From a virus: a stretch of 64,000 nucleotides of DNA. The notes under the pieces were generated by a model. The model was given only the letters and a program-made list of their open reading frames with translations. It searched no databases and was not told the DNA's origin. Of the stretch, positions 57,646 through 64,000 are shown piece after piece. Within the stretch, counting starts at the first letter, position 1; every line of letters begins with the position of its first letter. A program made the translations under genes and the position numbers. The stretch spans positions 15,312 through 79,311 of the IMG/VR virus record IMGVR_UViG_3300035698_027961; one strand, 5' to 3'.

Positions 57646-60600
57646 TTACCTAGCCTTAACCTTAGTCTTTATTGCTCTATCTATATCTAAAATACCAATC
57701 TCAATAACATTTGATACATTAAATGTTGTCAAGCCCACAACTCTTGTGACATTATTCTGATTTCTTATGTCAAGCCAAGTTCTTTGCTTGGGTCCGCCCT
57801 TTGGAAAAATCGCCTCGTAGTCATCAAAATTAACTTCTTTTCCATCTATAAATTGACTGGTAGGTATATTTGGATTCATAGTTTGAATTTCACTATAAGT
57901 GTCTTTATTGTCTAGAAATACAATCTGCTCAGCTATCTTATCCGATGGAATAGAAATTACCGGAAGCCCGTTAGGCAGAATCATCGGTCTAGTTGTTTTT
58001 GTTGTGCCCGCCGGCTTTCCGAGCCCTCTTACAACCGATGATACTGTGTCGGCAATATCATCGGTTGTAGATGTAGGATTCGTCTGAGATAGTGATACTG
58101 GATTCTGCATTAGGTCTTTGATCGTTTTAATATTCTCCCTAACTCTCTCTTCATCCTCAGTATTCCTTCCCTTTACAAAGCCACGAATAAGAACAACTCT
58201 ATTGCCTATTAATATAGAGCTCAAATCCGCCATCATATTGGTGAATCTTACGGCGTTATTTTTATGATCCAGAAGAACCGCTAAATTATCTTGAGTTATT
58301 CTCTGCTGAGGAAAAACGATAGCGCTATCAGGCTGAAGCGTTCTGTAGCTATCGTCTCCTCGGGAGTTTCGATAGGTAGTAAATGTACCAGTAACAGGCT
58401 CCTTGATATATTGCTGACCAATTATATCTAGAGGGCTGGGTAGATAAACTCCAGGTGGATGACCAAACTCTAAAGTTAGGCTGGTTGAAAAAGCCTGCCC
58501 AAATGTAAAGCTATGAGAGACGCTTCTAACGTAATAGAGTAGCTGCTTGGACTCTACGTAGACAACATCGCCTGGTTCATAATACTCGTTTCCAATAACA
58601 TCTATAGAAGCTTGATTAATTTTTAGTCTCTGTAGCTGCAATTCTAGAATTGCCCAAGGCTTTGACTGCTGCTCTGCATCGTTAGAGAATGGAAGGTTTT
58701 TTGATCCAGGGTACTTGTATCCATACTGCCTCCAAAGATCAAAGTCTGTAGCTCCTGCCCAAAAATATCTATCATTAAAGGCCTGATTGAGACCATTTCC
58801 AATTATTGGTGCGTCACCCACAACATCGACCCTGACTGCATCCGGAGGCTCTTCGGTAAATGTGCATGAAATTATATCTTCATCCCTGATAATGTATCTT
58901 CTTCCGGATCCTGGCCCCGTCATATTTCGTCCATCATCGGCGATAAGATGGTCAAATAAAGTTCCCTTGGTGGCGTCACCTGTGAAAATATCTGAAATTG
59001 TCTTCACGGTGTTGCTGGTTCTATTGAGAACATCGATAACCGAATCAAGCCCTCTGTTGAAATCCTCAATAGCCTGGCTGCCTCCAGCTTGAGGAATTGA
59101 CTCCGCAGTAAACTCTCCTGCTAAGATACTCTCTACTTCCTCAAGCTCTTGTTCTTTTTCAAGATTTCTTTGTAAAACCACGACCAAACGATCTCTATTG
59201 GAGAGGGTCTGTTCTAGCTTTTTAAGATAGTTATTTGCCTTAGTTATGTTATCAGATTCCCTAGTGGAACTTGTTGAGTTGTTATTAAAGATGAAATCAG
59301 AGTCTTGAAATTTGCCGTTATCAGTCACGAGATCTGACGCAGGGTCGATACCAGAGATCTTAATAAAGCTCTCTCTTAATTCATTAAGATTTGCAGCTTT
59401 TGCAATTTTTAAAGCATTTTCTCCGGAAGCTTTAGAGGCCGCGTTTAAAACGTTAGATACTAGTCCTTTTGACTCCTGAAATAAAGGATCAAAAACGCCG
59501 AGCAACGTTGTAGTGTCGCCGTTTAAAATTTGTCCGCGCTTGCCCAAACCCGCCTCCAAGTTAAGTCCGGAGCCGACAACTTGGTCGATCGTGTTAATTA
59601 GGCGATTGCCGATACCAATTTGCGAATTTCCATCCCTCAAAGCTAGGGATGCGTCCGGTCGGCCCTGCCTGACGCCAAAAAATCTTAAACTTTCTTTGCC
59701 TTTTCCGGAACCAGCTAGTAGTATATCTCTACCTACTACAATACTGAAATTCGGTATCAGCGTCTTGTCAGGGTAGCTGTTAAGAAGTAAGGCTAACAAG
59801 ACAATTCTGATGTTAAGGCTGTGTATCTCCCTTGTTAGACTATCAGTTCTACTTGAAAAGATCTCTGTCAAGAAAGCAGGTACAATCTTCTTGTCAGACT
59901 CCTGATTGATCTCGAATAGTCTTTGTAGGATTGATAAGGGAGTCTTATTCCACTGAGGCGGTCTAAACTCCAGGTGACCTTCTGTATTACAGAATATCTC
60001 TAAATTTGTATAATTTGCTGCTGCTTGGCATTTATCATATATTGATATGAAATCGCCCTTAAATATTTTGAAGTCATTATCACGAAGCTTAAATATGAAG
60101 GGCCTGATGTCGGTCTGCTCATCATATTGATCGGAAACTATAAATAAGTTCTGATCTCTGTTAAGCCTAACATCTTCAATTTTCCTTTGAGCTCCAACAA
60201 TTGTCATAGCCCTGGTTATCTCATGATCCGCTGAATAATTTCCTGTAATTGGTAAATCCTTACCTCGTCCAAATAGATTAAAGTTTTGGGTAACTAGGTC
60301 AACAGAAGAAACTGCCCCTGATCCTTCCAGTGTCTTAACCTGATCGAATATACCATCATTGACCGATCTTCTTTCTTCCCTTAGGGAGTTAAGTAAAATA
60401 CCGCTTCCTGGAGCCTCTGAACTGCCCAGTCTTCTGATTAGAGCATCGAGTTGTGCTCTGCGATTTTGAAGCTTCTCAATGTTTCCATTAAGATTATTTC
60501 TCAGGATATTTGTGTTAGCCGTCTGAAATAATGTTTCCTTGCTCATTGTAATTAACCGGTATGGCTTAAAGTTTCCAATATGAATATTTTGTCTTCTAAT

Positions 60601-62472
60601 TACATCTAGAACGGCAGATAGTGGGTCATCCGCACTCATAGATGAGGCACTCTCTCCGCGGCCAATATTGTGTGCCATATAGGCTTGGTCAATAAATGTC
60701 TGAACGTTGTAAGGCTGCCCAACTATAAGAATACTTAGAATATTGGCTATGTCTAGGTTATTTAAAACGTCTTCAGCTACTGTCAGTCCATATGTCTGAT
60801 TATGAATTTTTTGAGTAACCTGCGTTTCGCTATAGGGATCGGTAATTGTTATTCCAGCGGTTGCGGCAACAATTCCCTGCTTCCATCTGTACACCAACCC
60901 TTGTGGATGTTGTAAAACCTTAGTACCAGAAAGAGAACCGCTTCTATTATACTGGCCCTGAAAAAGATTATTTTCTGTTGCAATCTGACCATTCAGAATT
61001 CCGGAATCATAAAATAACAAACCACTTTTAATTAGTTGCTTATTTTCATCAAGCAGTTCTGGGCCACCTGCAGAGAGTACAATTCCGGCATCGTCAGTCC
61101 TCACCTCATATGGGGTTAGTGGGTCTTCTAGTATGCCCTGAGGGTCTTGTAGGGCCGGCTCAATCATAAATCTTGACCACTGAAGCCATCCCATATTATC
61201 AGTGCAGCTAACTCTCATGGTCCATGATCCATTGTTCCAGGTTTCAGAAGTTCTGGTAACAAAGCCTCCAAACACATGCTTCATTCCAAAAGAGCTATCA
61301 GAAAACTGCCGTAAGTTTTTATAGGTATCGAAATCTACTTGGCTGTTTGTATATAGAATTCTTTCTGCCTCAAGAATTGACTCGTCAACTGATAAAAAAT
61401 CGCGGTCAAATATATTCTCAGATTCTGTAAAATTTTGAGCTGTTTTATTTCCACGAATATAATAGTGAACTGCGTCACCAGCATTAATTATTGGTTTACC
61501 CAGATAAAATATTCTCATTCTATCTCGAATGTAATCTACATCAATAGACCTATCTAGTCTTCCAAGCCCAGGGATACCAATTCCAGTTCCCAGCAGCTCA
61601 AGCCCTGCCCCAACCGCGCTTCGAGTGTCAATAGGGGGACTCCCCTCATTTGATAGCTCATTTAGCAAACCTAGAGTTCCAAATAATGCTTCCTTTATAG
61701 CAATCTCAATGTCACTCTCTGTTATATTCATAATTCTATAAGGATCTTCAAGTGTAAGCTCAGCACTACCAGGATCTATATTTAGATTACAACTGGTGTT
61801 AAAACTAGAGAACATTCCTATTTCGATAACTCCGGTTCCAGGTCCGGTCTCATAATTATCTACATTATTTGGGTCGACTATCCATGTAGTAAATGGAAGC
61901 TCTGAGGCAAAAGCATTTCTCTCCATGAGAAGTAGTATTCCCTCTTTAATCTTATCATAAGAGGCGTCACGAAGAGAGTTAGAGAATGTGGTTATAATGG
62001 AGGAAAGTTGGTTTCGGCTTTGATCGAAATCATCTATATCTAGAAATCTAGCATTAGAAATAAGATCTGCCAGCAAAGATAAATTTATCTCCGATGTTTT
62101 AGAATAAAATTCTTCATTCTTAGTTAAGCTTTCATAAGCTCTAACTTGAGCAACCTTATATGAGAATAAAGCTTTGGTTGACCTAAGCAGCATCTTTTCA
62201 GTTCGATCCATCCACTGAAGATCGTTGACATGCTTAAATGTAGAAAATGCTTTCTTTTTAATTAAAACAGACGCTCTTGGAGTTAGGGTTGATATATTTC
62301 TTTCATTAGGCGTTATTGATAAAGCTCTATCTTCACCGAGCCTGAGAGATACACCCTCTCCGAATAGATTGCTTTCATCGGGAGTGTACCTAATAGGCTT
62401 TTTACCATTTGCAGCCTCAGATAGCAAATTTTTAATATTTGCGCTAACAGTATTGGCTAACTTTTTATTCAT
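57646..62472 (-). CDS. baseplate hub protein (gp27/GpD-like), enlarged
   Basis: LEIFCN..GHLEFRPPQWN, QYG, ASIDVIGNEYYEPGDVVY...YYV.SVSHSF.FG..T.L.L..G. Confidence 0.72.
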   Translation of the reverse strand: MNKKLANTVSANIKNLLSEAANGKKPIRYTPDESNLFGEGVSLRLGEDRALSITPNERNISTLTPRASVLIKKKAFSTFKHVNDLQWMDRTEKMLLRSTKALFSYKVAQVRAYESLTKNEEFYSKTSEINLSLLADLISNARFLDIDDFDQSRNQLSSIITTFSNSLRDASYDKIKEGILLLMERNAFASELPFTTWIVDPNNVDNYETGPGTGVIEIGMFSSFNTSCNLNIDPGSAELTLEDPYRIMNITESDIEIAIKEALFGTLGLLNELSNEGSPPIDTRSAVGAGLELLGTGIGIPGLGRLDRSIDVDYIRDRMRIFYLGKPIINAGDAVHYYIRGNKTAQNFTESENIFDRDFLSVDESILEAERILYTNSQVDFDTYKNLRQFSDSSFGMKHVFGGFVTRTSETWNNGSWTMRVSCTDNMGWLQWSRFMIEPALQDPQGILEDPLTPYEVRTDDAGIVLSAGGPELLDENKQLIKSGLLFYDSGILNGQIATENNLFQGQYNRSGSLSGTKVLQHPQGLVYRWKQGIVAATAGITITDPYSETQVTQKIHNQTYGLTVAEDVLNNLDIANILSILIVGQPYNVQTFIDQAYMAHNIGRGESASSMSADDPLSAVLDVIRRQNIHIGNFKPYRLITMSKETLFQTANTNILRNNLNGNIEKLQNRRAQLDALIRRLGSSEAPGSGILLNSLREERRSVNDGIFDQVKTLEGSGAVSSVDLVTQNFNLFGRGKDLPITGNYSADHEITRAMTIVGAQRKIEDVRLNRDQNLFIVSDQYDEQTDIRPFIFKLRDNDFKIFKGDFISIYDKCQAAANYTNLEIFCNTEGHLEFRPPQWNKTPLSILQRLFEINQESDKKIVPAFLTEIFSSRTDSLTREIHSLNIRIVLLALLLNSYPDKTLIPNFSIVVGRDILLAGSGKGKESLRFFGVRQGRPDASLALRDGNSQIGIGNRLINTIDQVVGSGLNLEAGLGKRGQILNGDTTTLLGVFDPLFQESKGLVSNVLNAASKASGENALKIAKAANLNELRESFIKISGIDPASDLVTDNGKFQDSDFIFNNNSTSSTRESDNITKANNYLKKLEQTLSNRDRLVVVLQRNLEKEQELEEVESILAGEFTAESIPQAGGSQAIEDFNRGLDSVIDVLNRTSNTVKTISDIFTGDATKGTLFDHLIADDGRNMTGPGSGRRYIIRDEDIISCTFTEEPPDAVRVDVVGDAPIIGNGLNQAFNDRYFWAGATDFDLWRQYGYKYPGSKNLPFSNDAEQQSKPWAILELQLQRLKINQASIDVIGNEYYEPGDVVYVESKQLLYYVRSVSHSFTFGQAFSTSLTLEFGHPPGVYLPSPLDIIGQQYIKEPVTGTFTTYRNSRGDDSYRTLQPDSAIVFPQQRITQDNLAVLLDHKNNAVRFTNMMADLSSILIGNRVVLIRGFVKGRNTEDEERVRENIKTIKDLMQNPVSLSQTNPTSTTDDIADTVSSVVRGLGKPAGTTKTTRPMILPNGLPVISIPSDKIAEQIVFLDNKDTYSEIQTMNPNIPTSQFIDGKEVNFDDYEAIFPKGGPKQRTWLDIRNQNNVTRVVGLTTFNVSNVIEIGILDIDRAIKTKVKAR

Positions 62473-62474
62473 TA

Positions 62475-63419
62475 CTAACGACCTTTAATTGACAAATTTC
62501 TACTGATACTAACTCTATTGATATCGTTATTTGCTGATTCCTGCGTTTCTGTGAAAGTAGATCTAACTCTTCCAATTAATGTATTTTGAGTATTTACAGT
62601 TCCCCTGGATTCAGTAGAATTTGATTCAAAAGTTAACTCATCCAACCTTTGTCCCTCTTCCGGCATAGATGCGACAACAGGCTCTCCAGATGAATTTCTA
62701 GCCTTTCTGTGCCATGGCATAAAGTTATTTCTCTGCCCAGACCTTTTAATGACATTAAACGAAAAGTTGTATTCGAAAATGCCTGGTGAGTTTGCGCTTT
62801 CATTAACGGAAAATCCTTTAAAATATCCAGTAAATTTTTCACCCTGAAAATATAAAATTACACTAACTGCGAATGCGCCGGTTGATGGTATTAGCTCGAC
62901 AGACCTCGGGTCATCAGGATTGGCGCCCTTAATGGCATTGGTTATTGACTCAACCGAAGAGTTAACTCCATTTATAATCTGGCCCAATCCTCCGCCGGGA
63001 AACTGACCGCCGGTGAAAATTTCATCTATAAGCGATACTGCACCGCTTAGCGTATTGGCCGAAGAAGAATCGGAAAGAGACCTTCTGGCAGCTTCATCTA
63101 GCGCTACAGCTCTTTCAAGAAGTAAATTATTAAATTGAGTTATTTCATTTCTATATACAGATCTTAAAACATTTATAGCCTCAATACCTCCGGAACCTGT
63201 CGTGCCGCTAACCTGAATATCAGATAGATTCTCTCCCCAGTATTGAATAACGTATCCACCCTTAGTTAACGTATCATTAATAATCTTACTTTCTTGAATG
63301 CTAAAAGTTAATGGATTTATGTAGAATGGAACTACAGCTCTTCCAACTAAATCTGAGCGGCCTAGCGACTCTAAATTAAGAGGAACTAAAAACTTCATAG
63401 ATTGTCTTTGTAATACCAT
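62475..63419 (-). CDS. putative tail-tube initiator (gp48/54-like)
   Basis: FYINP...K.I....TKGGY.IQYWGE.L..I.VSGTTG and F.GYF..F.V.ES...P..F.Y...F; lies between tape measure and hub. Confidence 0.65.
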   Translation of the reverse strand: MVLQRQSMKFLVPLNLESLGRSDLVGRAVVPFYINPLTFSIQESKIINDTLTKGGYVIQYWGENLSDIQVSGTTGSGGIEAINVLRSVYRNEITQFNNLLLERAVALDEAARRSLSDSSSANTLSGAVSLIDEIFTGGQFPGGGLGQIINGVNSSVESITNAIKGANPDDPRSVELIPSTGAFAVSVILYFQGEKFTGYFKGFSVNESANSPGIFEYNFSFNVIKRSGQRNNFMPWHRKARNSSGEPVVASMPEEGQRLDELTFESNSTESRGTVNTQNTLIGRVRSTFTETQESANNDINRVSISRNLSIKGR

Positions 63420-63420
63420 T

Positions 63421-63999
63421 TTAAACCCTTTCATTTATAAGCTTTTTAATGCTTCCGATTAAATCAGATGAGGTGCTAATGAAACGGATCATTAACTCTT
63501 CAGAACCTGAAGATAGGCCCACACCAGTTTTGGATAATGCTTCAGCGACCGCAGAACCGAAAATCTTTGGGTCCATATTGGATAAAGTTTCGCTCATCCC
63601 CGACAAACTTGAAGATATGGTTGTTGAAACTTTATCCATTCCAGCGTTAAAATCAACCATTGGCCCATCAGGAACTTGACTATTGGCAGCAGCTATTGCG
63701 GGAGTCGCAGCGCTCAAAGCTCCAGATTGAACTCTAGATAGGGCGTCAGATAAAGTTGTTCCGCTAGCATTTGCGCTAGCAACAATTTGTGTATTTAAAA
63801 GTTGAAGCTCGCCAAGTGCAGCTGCAGTATGTGCTTCAATTTTTGCTTGATATCCTAGTGTTTCATTCTGCAACTTTCCTGCTTCCTGAAGATCTTTTCC
63901 TAGAGATTCGGCCAGCTCCATGTCTCCGCTTTTCATGGCTGTGTCTATCTGAGAAAGTAAATCTAGAGTTCTATCTTGGGCACCGGCATCTTGAATACC
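63421..63999 (-). CDS. C-terminal end of a probable tape-measure protein (partial)
   Basis: Frame is open to the right edge (GIQDAGAQDRTLDLLSQIDTAMKSGD...); Ala/Ser/Leu-rich helical composition; position before tube initiator and hub. Confidence 0.55.
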   Translation of the reverse strand, partial: GIQDAGAQDRTLDLLSQIDTAMKSGDMELAESLGKDLQEAGKLQNETLGYQAKIEAHTAAALGELQLLNTQIVASANASGTTLSDALSRVQSGALSAATPAIAAANSQVPDGPMVDFNAGMDKVSTTISSSLSGMSETLSNMDPKIFGSAVAEALSKTGVGLSSGSEELMIRFISTSSDLIGSIKKLINERV

Positions 64000-64000
64000 A

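Noticed and set aside
499-63679. The many plus-strand ORFs in the ORF track
   Set aside because: Almost all lie antisense within longer minus-strand genes, are Ser/Leu/Ile/Pro-rich shadow frames and show no motifs.
29088-64000. Extracellular contractile injection system or tailocin rather than phage
   Set aside because: Linked DnaB, loader, UvsW-like helicase, Ung, endonuclease and tubulin point to an autonomous phage genome.
1-64000. Stop-codon reassignment
   Set aside because: Very long intact ORFs under code 11; TAA, TAG and TGA all end genes where the next gene begins.
1-64000. Eukaryotic giant virus origin, suggested by the glycosylation cluster
   Set aside because: Shine-Dalgarno sites, overlapping operon packing, DnaB/DnaC-like genes and contractile-tail baseplate genes are bacteriophage traits.
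1-64000. CRISPR array, tRNA, rRNA, intron or intein
   Set aside because: Intergenic gaps are short with no repeat-spacer or cloverleaf patterns seen; the helicases are normal length without intein motifs. By-eye check only.

Overview
A 64 kb segment of a large (jumbo-type) contractile-tailed bacteriophage genome. All credible genes are on the minus strand, tightly packed, often with Shine-Dalgarno sites, and read in the standard code. In transcription order (right to left) it holds: (1) about 35 kb of an unusually enlarged baseplate/tail module: probable tape-measure C-terminus, tube initiator, hub, spike, two unknown large proteins, gp25-like wedge, baseplate J, a 3247-aa wedge with nested LamG domains and a 1511-aa dockerin-bearing protein; (2) directly downstream, a ~20 kb cluster of soluble glycan-building enzymes: 10 glycosyltransferases, Gmd, an epimerase with a long C-terminal extension, a short nucleotide-sugar dehydrogenase, a sulfotransferase, methyltransferase(s), a GSCFA protein and a deacetylase-like protein, with no recognisable flippase, polymerase or lipid-carrier transferase; (3) a tubulin/FtsZ-family GTPase; (4) a replication block: UvsW-like helicase, Ung, an Hfq/Sm-like protein, DnaC-like loader, a homing-endonuclease-like gene and a DnaB-like helicase; (5) small ORFs and the start of a PrkA-family gene at the left edge. 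The best candidate for an undescribed system is the phage-encoded glycosylation/sulfation pathway beside the structural genes, possibly decorating the virion. All family calls come from motif recognition by eye; no searches were run.
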